Shown: in pieces, positions 37,431-47,509 of the stretch
Layout: every line of letters begins with the position of its first letter
Numbering within the stretch: position 1 is the first letter of the stretch
DNA from: Vicinamibacterales bacterium
Lineage (GTDB): Bacteria; Acidobacteriota; Vicinamibacteria; Vicinamibacterales; G965250185
Direction: 5' to 3'
Assembly: GCA_965250185.1 (NCBI GenBank)
Contig: OZ252293.1
Span: 4,601,904-4,665,903, forward strand
DNA length: 64,000 nt
Translations under genes and position numbers: made by a program
The notes under the pieces: model-generated
Told to the model about the DNA's origin: nothing
The model's database searches: none
Seen by the model: the letters and a program-made list of their open reading frames with translations, nothing else

Positions 37431-37474
37431 AGTGCCTGGGCTTTGGCCTTGGGCAACGTTCGCAGGGCAGGACG

Positions 37475-37516
37475 GACCAGTGACCAGTGACCAGTGACCA
37501 AAGACCGATGACCGGT
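37475..37516. repeat. tandem 7-mer array, GACCAGT-like, 6 units
   Basis: Read directly: gaccagt x3, then gaccaaa, gaccgat, gaccggt. Confidence 0.75.
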
Positions 37517-37540
37517 GGCTGGTTCGACGTATCGCGTCAA

Positions 37541-38647
37541 TCAGCGAGCGACCAGTCGCTCCCAGCCGACGGTCGCCACCAGTTCACCGTCCGTCGTGAT
37601 CATCAATCCTTCGGCGCCGTCGATCGATTCGAGCAGCGCCACCCCGGCTGACGGACCGAGGATGAAGACCGTCGTGGCAAGCGCATCGGCGTCCATCGCA
37701 CTGTCGGCGACGACCGTCACGCCACTGAGCTCGGTGGCAGACCGACCCGTTCTGGGATCGATCAGGTGGTGGGCCCGACGGTCCTCGACGAAGTAGTGCT
37801 CGTAGTCGCCCGACGTCGCCGTCGCGCTGTCGGCCGCCCGGATCGTGACGAGGAAGTCAGTAGGCGGCCGCCTCGGATGCCTGATGCCCACCACCCAGAA
37901 CGGACGCGCGGCAGGCCGTCCGAGGGCCCGAATGTCCCCGCCGATGTCGACCAGGGCATCCTCGACGCCGGCAGCGACCAGCGCCTGAGCGGCACGATCG
38001 ATGATGAAGCCCTTCGCGATGCCGTCGACGCTGATCCGCATGCCAGGCCGGCCGAGCGTGACGTCCTCGCCGTCAAGGTGCACCTGCTCGAAGCCGACCA
38101 GTGCGCGGGCCCGCTCGAGCTCGTCGTCGGACGGTGGCCGATCCGCCCCGATGAAGGTCTCCTGGTACAGGTCGAGCAGCGGGAGCATCGTGATGTCGAA
38201 CGCGCCGCCGCTCAGCTCCGAGTAATATCTGGCCCGTTCGAGGACGGTCAGCACCTCCGGGTCAGCGTCGTCGAGCCGCCCGTCGCGATTGAGCCGGGCG
38301 AGCGGCGTCGCGGGGTCGTAGGTACTGAGCACGGCCTCCAGCCGAGCGATCTCGGCGAAGGCGGCGTCGACGGCGCGCTCAGTCCGGTCTTCGTTCGGAC
38401 CGACTGCCGTGATCGTGGCCGTCGTGCCGAGAGCGGGTCGGGTGCGAGATGTGGTGTAATGGCCGTCTGGCGGATGTGCACATCCGCCGAGGCCGAGCGC
38501 CAGACACGCGCCGGCCAGTGCCCGAACAGCGCCCGCGTACAGTCTCCGGAGGGTTATGCGTCTGAGACACGGCCTCGTCCGAAGCGTCCTGGCGGTGGTG
38601 ATCGGTCCGACCGCGGCGACGGTCCTCCTGGTCGTCATCCTACCCAT
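37541..38647 (-). CDS. apbE: FAD:protein FMN transferase ApbE (lipoprotein); start uncertain
   Basis: It has ISVDGIAKGF, VDIGGDI, ATSGDYEHYF, HHLIDPRTG and DADALATT. The lipobox is LGLGGC. The 5' end overlaps the divergent ORF. Confidence 0.85.
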   Translation of the reverse strand: MGRMTTRRTVAAVGPITTARTLRTRPCLRRITLRRLYAGAVRALAGACLALGLGGCAHPPDGHYTTSRTRPALGTTATITAVGPNEDRTERAVDAAFAEIARLEAVLSTYDPATPLARLNRDGRLDDADPEVLTVLERARYYSELSGGAFDITMLPLLDLYQETFIGADRPPSDDELERARALVGFEQVHLDGEDVTLGRPGMRISVDGIAKGFIIDRAAQALVAAGVEDALVDIGGDIRALGRPAARPFWVVGIRHPRRPPTDFLVTIRAADSATATSGDYEHYFVEDRRAHHLIDPRTGRSATELSGVTVVADSAMDADALATTVFILGPSAGVALLESIDGAEGLMITTDGELVATVGWERLVAR

Positions 38648-39152
38648 CGTGCCTCAGACGTACACCGGGGAGCAATCGAACGACGGACGGGCCCGACGCT
38701 ACGAGAGCGACCTGCTAGAGGTTCTTCCCCTGGCCGATGCGTTCTCGAGTGAGGAAGGCGTGTACCGCCACTTCCGGGGCTACACGGGTGGGCCGGCGCC
38801 GGCCCACCGGCGCTTGGTCGGCTACGCCTTCTTCACGACCGAACTGGGCGGCCGGTCCCGAGGCTACACCGGGATCATGCACCTGCTCGTCGGGCTCGAC
38901 CTGACCGGCTCTCTGACTGGCGTCAAGGCCGTTGAGCACCACGAGCCGTACGGGTACTTTTCGATCGACGTTGCTCGGTTTCGCGACCAGTTCAGCGGCA
39001 AGAGCGTCCTGGAGCCATTCAAGGTGGGCGAGGACATCGACGCCATCTCGGGCGCCACGATCACGGTCACGGGCGCGACCGGAGCCATCCGGGTGGCGGC
39101 GCGTCGCATGGCGCGAGAGTTCATCGCCAAGCGAGCCGAGGACCGTCCGTGA
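38556..39152 (+). CDS. membrane-anchored FMN-binding domain protein (NosR N-terminal-like)
   Basis: It has an N-terminal TM helix and the flavinylation motif DAISGATITVTG. Confidence 0.7.
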   Translation: MRLRHGLVRSVLAVVIGPTAATVLLVVILPIVPQTYTGEQSNDGRARRYESDLLEVLPLADAFSSEEGVYRHFRGYTGGPAPAHRRLVGYAFFTTELGGRSRGYTGIMHLLVGLDLTGSLTGVKAVEHHEPYGYFSIDVARFRDQFSGKSVLEPFKVGEDIDAISGATITVTGATGAIRVAARRMAREFIAKRAEDRP

Positions 39153-40240
39153 GCCGTCTCGGCGCACCTGGAAGCCTGACGCCCATCCTTATCTCTTTCA
39201 ACGCCGCCCTCCTCGTCGGATGCCTCGCGTCGCCGGCCATCGGTCAGCCGGCCGAGCCTCCGGCCGACCCCGGGGTGCTGTCGCTCGAGGCGCTGGACCA
39301 GTTGCTCGACGAGGACGCCGATAACGCCGATGACGCGGGAGACTCACAACAGGGCGCCTCGGGGCCCGTCTCGCTCGACGATCTGGACGCCCTGTTCGAC
39401 GACGACGGCGAGGAAGCCTCCGCGCCACTCGAGTGGTCGGAGATCGCCGACATTGGGGGACTGGTCGCCATCCTGAGCATCGCGCTGTTCAGCTTCTTCA
39501 CGAAGAGCCAACGACTCAAGTACGTCACGCTGGTGCTTTCGGTCGCCTATCTCGGCTTCTACAAGGCTAACCTCGTTTCGATCGTCAACATCTTCACCCT
39601 CGTGGGCGGCAGCCTCCCCGACTTCAGGATCAGCATGCCCTGGTACCTGATGATGGTCTTCACGGTGGTCTCGACCGTGCTCTGGGGACGGCTGTACTGC
39701 GGGCGAATCTGCGCCTTCGGCGCGCTCACGCAACTGATGGACGCGACCATCCCATCGCGCTTCCGCGTCGAGTTGCCACCCAGCGTCGACCGGTGGGCCA
39801 TTTACACGAAGTACGTGCTACTGGGCGGCGTCCTGCTCTACTTCCTGGCGAGCGGGAACTTCCTCGTCTACCGCTACCTCGAGCCGTTCTGGATGTTCAC
39901 GCTGAGCGGAACGACCGTCATGTGGGTGATGCTCGGCGTGCTCCTGGTGGCCACCGTCTTCGTCCGCAACCTGTACTGCCGGTACCTGTGCTCAGTCGGC
40001 GCGGCTTTGGGCTTGATCTCCAATCTGACCGTGTTCCGCATCAAACGCTGGAGCGAGTGCAAGACGTGCAAGATCTGCGAGAAGGCGTGCGAATGGGGCG
40101 CGATCGACGGCCCCAAGATCATCGCGAGCGAGTGCGTTCGGTGTGACGACTGCGAGCGTCTCTATCACGATGAGAAGCGGTGCGTGCACTGGATCGTATT
40201 GCGGCGATCCGCCCCACGCCAGACCGGGGCGAGCGCCTAG
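39149..40240 (+). CDS. NosR/NapH-like polytopic membrane protein with C-terminal 2x[4Fe-4S] ferredoxin domain
   Basis: It has CGRICAFG and CRYLCSVGA (CX3C) motifs and CKTCKICEKAC...CVRCDDCERLY. The GTG start overlaps the previous stop (GTGA). Confidence 0.75.
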   Translation: MSRLGAPGSLTPILISFNAALLVGCLASPAIGQPAEPPADPGVLSLEALDQLLDEDADNADDAGDSQQGASGPVSLDDLDALFDDDGEEASAPLEWSEIADIGGLVAILSIALFSFFTKSQRLKYVTLVLSVAYLGFYKANLVSIVNIFTLVGGSLPDFRISMPWYLMMVFTVVSTVLWGRLYCGRICAFGALTQLMDATIPSRFRVELPPSVDRWAIYTKYVLLGGVLLYFLASGNFLVYRYLEPFWMFTLSGTTVMWVMLGVLLVATVFVRNLYCRYLCSVGAALGLISNLTVFRIKRWSECKTCKICEKACEWGAIDGPKIIASECVRCDDCERLYHDEKRCVHWIVLRRSAPRQTGASA

Positions 40241-40256
40241 TGGCCCGTCGACCGGG

Positions 40257-40284
40257 GCCCAGCGCCCAGAGCCCAGAGCCGACA
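40257..40284. repeat. short 7-mer array, GCCCAGM, 3-4 units
   Basis: Read directly, just after the stop of the NosR-like gene. Confidence 0.5.
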
Positions 40285-40397
40285 CTTTCGTAATCACGCA
40301 CCCTGTACTCGTCGCACTCCGGAACACCTCAGCTCGATTTCCCCCCGCCGCGGCGCCTATTCCTACTGGCCTCTGATTTGCACAACTGGCAGGCGAC

Positions 40398-41726
40398 ATG
40401 ATGCGCCTCCTCGATCACAACGACACGCCACTGGTGACGGGTCTCATCGTCGCCTCGATCGTCATCTTTCATCAGCCGCTGCGGTCGGTGCTCGACTTCA
40501 CGCACGAGATCGAGAGCTACTACCATCTGGACCTGGTGCCAGCACTGGTCGTCCTGTGCTTCGCGGTAGCCCTTCATCAGTCGCGCCGCCGCCACCTGGC
40601 GAGCCAGGAGGCACTCGCCGCGGCCGAGGCGGCGCGGCATCATGCCGAGCGCGCGCAGGATCTCGAATTACTGGTTTCCTTCGGTCGGGCCGTCGCCAAG
40701 GCGCAGGATTTCGCGGCACTCGAGAGGGTTATCTGGCGGGACTTGCCGACGCTGGCCGGTGAGCGGGCCCATTGGGTCGCGATCGGAAGCCGCACGGCGC
40801 GACGCGTGCTCGCCCGATCGGAGAGCGTTCCGGAGTCGGCCGAGGCCACCATCGATGCCGCAGCAGAGCGAGTCGCGGCTTCGACCGACGGCCGGGTCGA
40901 CACGCAGGGCGTCACCGTTGACGGATTCGTGTGCTTTCCGCTGGTGGCAGGCGACGAGGCGGTCGGCTCGCTTGGCGTGGAGGATCGCGACCTGGACGAC
41001 CGCACGCGCCGGAGCCTCGTGGCCGGCGCCGCGGTCCTGGCCATAGCCGTGCGCAACGTCGCGATGATGCACGAGACGATGCAGAAGAGCTTCCGCGACT
41101 CGCTGACCGGCTGTTACAACCGCGCGTACGCGCGGGAGTCTCTCGAGCGAGAACTACTGCGGGCGAAGCGGCACGGCCGACCGCCGGCGGTGCTCATGCT
41201 CGATGTCGACGGGTTCAAGGCCATCAACGACCGGCACGGTCACCTGTCCGGCGACCGGGTGCTCCGAGCGATCGCGGACACGCTGCGTGAGCTGTTCCGG
41301 AGCAGTGACCCCACGTGCCGTTACGCCGGCGACGAATTCCTCGTCATCCTGCCGGAGACGCCGCTCGGAACGGCCGAGCAGCTCGCCGAGCAGCTCCGGG
41401 AGCAGATCGCCCTGATCCAGATTCCGCATCAGGATCAACTGGTCCGACCCACCGTCAGCGTCGGGGTCACGGCGGCGCTTCAGGGCGAGCTGGATGTCGA
41501 AGCCGTGGTCGAGCGGGCCGATCGCGCGATGTATCACGCCAAGCAGGCCGGGCGCAACGAGTGCAGTACACTCGCCCCAACGCCTTCCACGACACTGGTG
41601 CATCGCTTCCTCGACACGTTCCCGCCGTGCGAGACGGGATCGGCTGGCGATCGACCTGACGAGCCAGAGAACGGGGCGTCGGACGGCGGCGAGGCACCCG
41701 AGCGAGTCGCGGCGCCTGGCGCCTAG
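40398..41726 (+). CDS. membrane-associated GGDEF-domain protein (AGDEF variant, RxxD I-site present)
   Basis: It has LTGCYNR, LDVDGFKAINDRHGHLSGD and RSSDPTCRYAGDEFLV. Confidence 0.85.
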   Translation: MMRLLDHNDTPLVTGLIVASIVIFHQPLRSVLDFTHEIESYYHLDLVPALVVLCFAVALHQSRRRHLASQEALAAAEAARHHAERAQDLELLVSFGRAVAKAQDFAALERVIWRDLPTLAGERAHWVAIGSRTARRVLARSESVPESAEATIDAAAERVAASTDGRVDTQGVTVDGFVCFPLVAGDEAVGSLGVEDRDLDDRTRRSLVAGAAVLAIAVRNVAMMHETMQKSFRDSLTGCYNRAYARESLERELLRAKRHGRPPAVLMLDVDGFKAINDRHGHLSGDRVLRAIADTLRELFRSSDPTCRYAGDEFLVILPETPLGTAEQLAEQLREQIALIQIPHQDQLVRPTVSVGVTAALQGELDVEAVVERADRAMYHAKQAGRNECSTLAPTPSTTLVHRFLDTFPPCETGSAGDRPDEPENGASDGGEAPERVAAPGA

Positions 41727-41886
41727 AAAGTAACAGTTGAACGTTGAGCGCGGATCCGGCGCGTCGGATCCGCGAATCGCCATTTCACCCGGCGCGGCCG
41801 GGCACACCTCCCAGCTCATCTCAGCGCATACAATGGGCCGACGGCGGCCAATGGTGGCCACCGCTCGATCCGTTCCGCGTGCACCG

Positions 41887-43110
41887 ATGCTGGACCTCAC
41901 CATCCTGGCGTTCACCACATTCTTCGCGACGATCGGGCCCATCGACGTGGCCGCGATGTTCGCGGCGCTGACCACGAACGCGACGTCGGCCCAGCGTCGT
42001 TCGATGGCCCTGCGCGGAACCTTGCTGGGCGCCGCCATCCTGCTGGTGTTCGCGCTGATCGGCGAGGTACTCCTGTCCAGACTCGGCATCTCGCTGGCTG
42101 CGATGCGAACGGCGGGCGGCATTCTACTGCTGCTGATCGGCATCGACATGGTGTTCGCCCGCTCCTCGGGCGGGGTCTCGACCACCGATGATGAGACGCG
42201 TGAGGCCTTCGGTAAGGAGGACATCACCGTCTTTCCGCTGGCGACGCCGTTGATTGCCGGGCCCGGAGCCATGGGCGCAGCCATCTTGCTGATGGCAAAC
42301 ACGGAGGGTGACCTCACCTCGAAAGTCATCGTCCTGCTCGCGCTGGGATGCGTTCTCGTGATCACGCTGGTGGCGCTGCTGGGCGCCAGTCAGATTCAGC
42401 GGATCTTCGGCGTCACCGGGCTACACGTGATCAGCCGCGTCTTCGGGGTCCTGCTCTGTGCCCTGGCGGTCCAGTTCGTGTTCGACGGCATCGGCGAGAG
42501 CGGCCTGCTCCGTGACACGGGCGCCGAGCGCGTCGAGACGTCCGCGTCGGCCGGCACGCCTGAGCCGAACTCCCCGGCGCCAGACGGCACAGCGATGGTG
42601 AGTGGTCGCGCACCAGAAGCGACGAGGGGATATCCCTCGGTCGTGGCCCTCGTCCCCAGGCCCCCGAGCGAGTTCCCGACCCCCACTGAACCCGCAGAGC
42701 TGGATCAGGCGGGCATGGCGTTCTACCCGCCGGTGCTCCTCGTGCAACCGGGACAGGCGGTTCACTTCATCAACAGCGAAGACATCATGCACAACGTGCG
42801 TGTCTTCCACAGCGCTACCCGGGAGCCGGAGTTCAACGTGGCCACGCCGCTGGGCGGCGCCTACGAGCACATCTTCCACCGAGAGGGCGCCTACGCGGTC
42901 TCATGCGACATCCATCCGGCCATGACGGCCACCATCTTGGCCCTGTCCACACCCTACGCAGTGATCGCCGAACGCGACGGGACCTTCTCCCTGCCCAACG
43001 TGCCGACCGGCTCCTATGCCTTGAGGATCCGGAACGGCGGGGTATGGATGGAACGCGACGTCGAGATTCGCGGTCCAGACACCGAGCTCGTAGTTGAGCA
43101 AATGCCCTAA
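41887..43110 (+). CDS. MarC-family membrane protein fused to a cupredoxin domain and a carboxypeptidase-regulatory-like domain
   Basis: The first ~200 aa carry the MarC/UPF0056 pattern. The C-terminus has type-1 Cu ligands (MHNV and SCDIHPAM) followed by DGTFSLPNVPTGSYALRI. Confidence 0.7.
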   Translation: MLDLTILAFTTFFATIGPIDVAAMFAALTTNATSAQRRSMALRGTLLGAAILLVFALIGEVLLSRLGISLAAMRTAGGILLLLIGIDMVFARSSGGVSTTDDETREAFGKEDITVFPLATPLIAGPGAMGAAILLMANTEGDLTSKVIVLLALGCVLVITLVALLGASQIQRIFGVTGLHVISRVFGVLLCALAVQFVFDGIGESGLLRDTGAERVETSASAGTPEPNSPAPDGTAMVSGRAPEATRGYPSVVALVPRPPSEFPTPTEPAELDQAGMAFYPPVLLVQPGQAVHFINSEDIMHNVRVFHSATREPEFNVATPLGGAYEHIFHREGAYAVSCDIHPAMTATILALSTPYAVIAERDGTFSLPNVPTGSYALRIRNGGVWMERDVEIRGPDTELVVEQMP

Positions 43111-43389
43111 CAGGCAAGCCATCAACCTACTGGTCAACGGGCTGGCTGGTACCCCACAACTCCCAACAACCAAAGGGCTTCTTCCATCGGCGAGGCCTCG
43201 GCGCCTGGATGATGGCCAGCGACCCGCCCGAACGGCCCTGACGGCTGTATAGAGTCTGGCAGATATGCCGGCCCGAGACGGGCACTTCATACCCGTGCTG
43301 GCGCGACGATTGCAGCGTTCGACGCAAACGAGGTAGTTGGAACCCAACACGGTTCGCCGCGTGGGTCGCGGCTGGGCAGGGGTGGATAG

Positions 43390-45056
43390 ATGACAGTTCC
43401 GGACACGGCGACATTCGAGGCATTGGTCGACCGGGCGCAGGTCGGACTCTGCGTGGTGCGGGACGAGCGCATCGTCTACGCGAATCCGCGCCTTGCGGCT
43501 CTCTTCGGTTATTCGGTCGGAGAGCTCCGCGGCCTGGCCGCCCTCAGCGACCTGGTGCAGCCTTCGGACCGGGCGGCGGTTGGCGAGCTGATGTCCCAGG
43601 GCTCGGAAGCTGGCGTGGGATCCTGGGTACCGGCGCGAGGGCTCACCAAGCCGGGCACGCTCATCGACGTCGAGATCCACGCCACCTCCATCCTGGCCAC
43701 CGGGAGCCGTGCACATGCCGTCACGATCCGTGATGCGTCGGATCGGGAGCAGATCGATGCAGTACGACGGGCGCTGACGGACGAACTCGACGCAGCCCGA
43801 CGCAAACTCACCGAGATCATTCACATCGACCAATTGACCGGGCTTCCGAACCGGGCCGGGCTGGAGCGGCTGCTCAGGTCGGAACGGAAACGAGCGGTAC
43901 GAAACGGGTCCCGGCTCTCGGCCATCATGGTCGACTGCGATGGACTCCGTCGCATCAACGAGGCGTTCGGACCGGCGTTGGCGACCTCGCACTCGTCGAA
44001 GTTGGTCAGCGCCTGGCGCCGGCCGTACGCGGCTGCGATCAGGTTGCGCGAATGGGTGGCGACGAGTTCATGGCATTGCTGCCGGACACCGGTATCTGGC
44101 AGGCGGAGGAGGTGGCCCAGCGGATCGGTCTCAAGGTCTGCGCGAGTCCGATCCTGCGCGCGCCACAGTCCGTCAGCCTCACGGTGAGTACCGCGGCCCT
44201 GCAGCTGTCTGTCGACACGACAACGGTCGAGGAAGAGTGGTCACGGGCAGCGCTGGCGCTCAGGCATCGCAAGATGGTCGACAAGCGAAGCGGGTCCACA
44301 GGCGAGGACCCAGCGGATGCGAACACGCGATCCAACCTCCAGGCGCTCGATCAGCTGTCACGCCAGCAGTGCTACCGCACCCTGCGCCAGCCGATCTGCG
44401 ATCTCGACGACGAGAGCGTCTGGGCATACGAACTGCTCACGCGCACGACCGTCCGTAACTTCGAGTCGCCTGGCGACTTTCTCCGCCTCGCGCAGGAGAA
44501 CAACATCCTGATCCTGGTGGATCTCCTTTGCTTGCGTGCCGGTGTGCGAGCGGCAGCGGCTTCAGAGCCAGCGGAGCGGTACCACGTGAACCTCTTTCCG
44601 TCGACGATTCTGAATACTCCGACGGCGGACATCGTCGACATCCTGAGCGGGCTACCGGACAACAAGCCGCACTGCATCGAGCTGAACGAACAGCAGTTCT
44701 TCGGCGACAACCGGCAGCTCAAGGGTCGGCTCACGGAACTTCAGGAGTCGGGGTTCGAGATCGGGCTCGACGACGTGGGGTTCGGACGCACGTCGCTCGA
44801 GTTGCTCATCCTGCTCGAGCCGGATCTCGTCAAGATCGACCGTCAGTTCGTGGCCGGGATCGGGAGCGACCAATACAAGCGCGCGGCATTTCGCCGCCTG
44901 CTCGACATCGTCGACGCGACCGGCGCACGGGCGGTCGTCGAAGGCCTGGAGCACCAAGACGACCTAAAAACCGCCCAGGATCTGGGCGCCCGACTCGGCC
45001 AGGGCTATTTCCTTGGGCGGCCAGCCCCCACCCCGTCTCCACACATTGCCTCTTGA
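43390..45056 (+). CDS. PAS-GGDEF-EAL protein interrupted by an apparent 1-nt frameshift near 43969-43974
   Basis: ORF 43390..44187 carries the PAS domain and the start of GGDEF (DCDGLRRINEAFG). ORF 44052..45056 carries MGGDEF and the EAL motifs (YELLTR, ELNEQ, DDVGFG, KIDRQF, QGYFLGRP). Confidence 0.8.
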
Positions 45057-45146
45057 TCAGTCCGGGCCCCGTGAGGGGATAATACAGAAGGCCGCGCCTA
45101 CCCAGGCCGAGCCTCTTCCTCAACGGCCTGTCTGGAGTCCATTTCG

Positions 45147-45650
45147 ATGACACCACTCGTTACACGGTTCTCGTCGAGGACGGCACGTTCAGCCACCGGC
45201 ATAAGCCACGTCATCTGCGTAGCCATAGCGAGCACGGCTCTCGGCTGCGTGCTCTGGGCTGCCCAACCGGATGCTGACGACCACGAGGAGGTGCTTCGAC
45301 TCGAGCGCGCCCAGGCCGAGGCGGTGGTGAACTCGGACCTGGACGCGCTGAATCGCATCTACGCCGACGACTTTCGCTTCACGCACGGCACCGGCGAGGT
45401 TCAGAACAAGGCCGAGTGGCTCGACGATCTGCGCCAGGGTCGCCGGCACTACGCATCCCGTGACCACGAGGAGCTCGAGGTCGAGATCCACGCCGAGATC
45501 GCCGTGACCTACGGACGCCTCAAGATCCGCCGCCGCATGGATGGCGTGGACAGCTTCTTCGGTGCGCGGTACGTCCGCGTGTACGGGCGACGAGACGACC
45601 GCTGGCAGCTCGTCTCACACCGAACCGTCGAGCAATGGGAAGTGCAGTAG
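45147..45650 (+). CDS. DUF4440/SnoaL-like (NTF2-fold) protein
   Basis: Size and the pattern LDALNRIYADDFRFTH...RDDRWQLVSHRT fit this family. Confidence 0.65.
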   Translation: MTPLVTRFSSRTARSATGISHVICVAIASTALGCVLWAAQPDADDHEEVLRLERAQAEAVVNSDLDALNRIYADDFRFTHGTGEVQNKAEWLDDLRQGRRHYASRDHEELEVEIHAEIAVTYGRLKIRRRMDGVDSFFGARYVRVYGRRDDRWQLVSHRTVEQWEVQ

Positions 45651-45677
45651 CCGCACTTGTTCAGCGATTACGGGCCA

Positions 45678-47486
45678 CTAGTCGAGATGCGCACGCTCGG
45701 AATCACCCATTTCGACGGGGGTGGACGGAAAATATTCCTTCCAGCGGCGCGTGACGCGCTCGGCGACGTCCGGCCGGCACGATAGCTCCTCGGGGTACCA
45801 CGGCTTCATGCGGGCGTCGATCACGATGGGTGGGGTGCGCGCCACGTGGTTCCGGACGACCCGGGTCGACGCCGCGTGGATGTCGGCCGCCGGCTCGAAC
45901 CGGGTAAATGTGGTCCAGAGGAAGTTGATCGGGCTGGCCACCGCCCGCCGAGGTTCGTCGGACAGGACCACGAGCGGCCACGCCGCAAACGCCGGATGTG
46001 CTGCCACCCGCGTCGCGGCATCCGCCTCTTCTCGAAACGGCGGGGCGTCGGTGACGAGAACACCGGGACAGAACACCCGCACGTCGTTCACACCAGCCGG
46101 CAGGTCGGTCGCCCGGAACTCCCGCGGGAGCTGGCGGATCGGTGGCCCCACACCCAACCAGACCCCCTTCGACCCCTCATTGACCTCCGGACCCGTGTAG
46201 TCCAGCGTGTCCATCGCCAGGTTCGAGAAGATGAACAGGTCCGTCTCGGGCTTCGTGCGCTCGAGGATGTGGACGAGTGTTCCGACGAAGTCCTTCAAGT
46301 CGGTCGCCTGGTCGGTGACGAGCAGGAATTTCGTCAGGGACAGTTGCCCCTCACCCAGGATCCGGAACGCCGAGGCCATCGCTTCGCGACGGTAGCGCTG
46401 ACGAACGACCGCGCCGGCGAGCGAGTGGTAACCGGTCTCGCCGTACGACCACAGATCGACGACGCCTGGCATGACGAGCGGAAACAGTGGCGAGAGCAGC
46501 TCTTGAAGGAGATCGCCGATGAAGAAGTCTTCCTGGCGAGGCTTGCCCACGACCGTTGCCGGGTAAATGGCATCGCGGCGATGCGCGATGCGATCGACCT
46601 GGAAGACGGGGTAGTCGTGCTGCAACGAGTAGTAGCCGTAATGGTCGCCGAACGGCCCCTCGGGGCGGCGCGTGTGGGGTGGCACCGAGCCCAGGAGCGC
46701 GAACTCGGCATCGGCGACGAGGGGGTGGGGGCCGGTGCCGGTCACCAGCTTCAGGCGCTGGCCAGCAATGAGCGACGCGAGCATGAGTTCTGGCAGATTC
46801 TCCGGCAGCGGCGCGATGGCGGCGAGCATGAGCGCGGGGGGGCCTCCCAGGAAGACCGTCACGGGGAGGGCCGCGTCTCGAGCCTCGGCGACGGCGTAGT
46901 GGAAGCCTCCGCCCTTCCCGATCTGCCAGTGCATGCCGGCCGTCCTGGCGTCGTGCACCTGAAGGCGATACATCCCGAGGTTGTGCCCCCGACCGTCGGG
47001 GTGCTCGGTGTAGACGAGCGGGAGGGTGACGAACGGGCCGCCGTCCTCCGGCCAGCAAGTGAGCGCCGGCAGTCGGTCGAGATGCACGTCGGTCGACAGC
47101 ACCTCGGCGACCGGGCCGGCGGCGCGCCTGGACGTGCCAACGCGCAGCGCCTCGCGTCCGAGATCGCGGGCGCCCCACAGCTTGCCGGCCGTCGGTGGCA
47201 TCAGCGTCTCGGCGAGCTCGACGAGACGCGTGATCAGCCGACGTGGCCTGGTCCCGAACGCCAACTCGGCGCGGCGCGCGGTGCCGAACAAATTGGTGAC
47301 CAGCGGAAACGCCGAGCCACGCACGTTGCGAAACAGCAGCGCCGCACCACCGGCCGCGATCACGCGGCGGTGGATCTCGGCCGCCTCCAGATCCGCGTCG
47401 ACTTCGGCGTCGATCTCGACGAGGTCATCGTCTCGCCGCAGGCGGTCGAGAAAGCTCCGGAGATCGGGAAAGGTGGGCTCAGTCAT
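45678..47486 (-). CDS. UbiD-family (prenylated-FMN dependent) decarboxylase
   Basis: It has DLRSFLDRL..DLVEIDAEVD, LLFRNVRGS and further UbiD-family blocks across its 602 aa. Confidence 0.9.
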   Translation of the reverse strand: MTEPTFPDLRSFLDRLRRDDDLVEIDAEVDADLEAAEIHRRVIAAGGAALLFRNVRGSAFPLVTNLFGTARRAELAFGTRPRRLITRLVELAETLMPPTAGKLWGARDLGREALRVGTSRRAAGPVAEVLSTDVHLDRLPALTCWPEDGGPFVTLPLVYTEHPDGRGHNLGMYRLQVHDARTAGMHWQIGKGGGFHYAVAEARDAALPVTVFLGGPPALMLAAIAPLPENLPELMLASLIAGQRLKLVTGTGPHPLVADAEFALLGSVPPHTRRPEGPFGDHYGYYSLQHDYPVFQVDRIAHRRDAIYPATVVGKPRQEDFFIGDLLQELLSPLFPLVMPGVVDLWSYGETGYHSLAGAVVRQRYRREAMASAFRILGEGQLSLTKFLLVTDQATDLKDFVGTLVHILERTKPETDLFIFSNLAMDTLDYTGPEVNEGSKGVWLGVGPPIRQLPREFRATDLPAGVNDVRVFCPGVLVTDAPPFREEADAATRVAAHPAFAAWPLVVLSDEPRRAVASPINFLWTTFTRFEPAADIHAASTRVVRNHVARTPPIVIDARMKPWYPEELSCRPDVAERVTRRWKEYFPSTPVEMGDSERAHLD

Positions 47487-47509
47487 TGAAACTGGCGGAG
47501 CGCGGCAGC

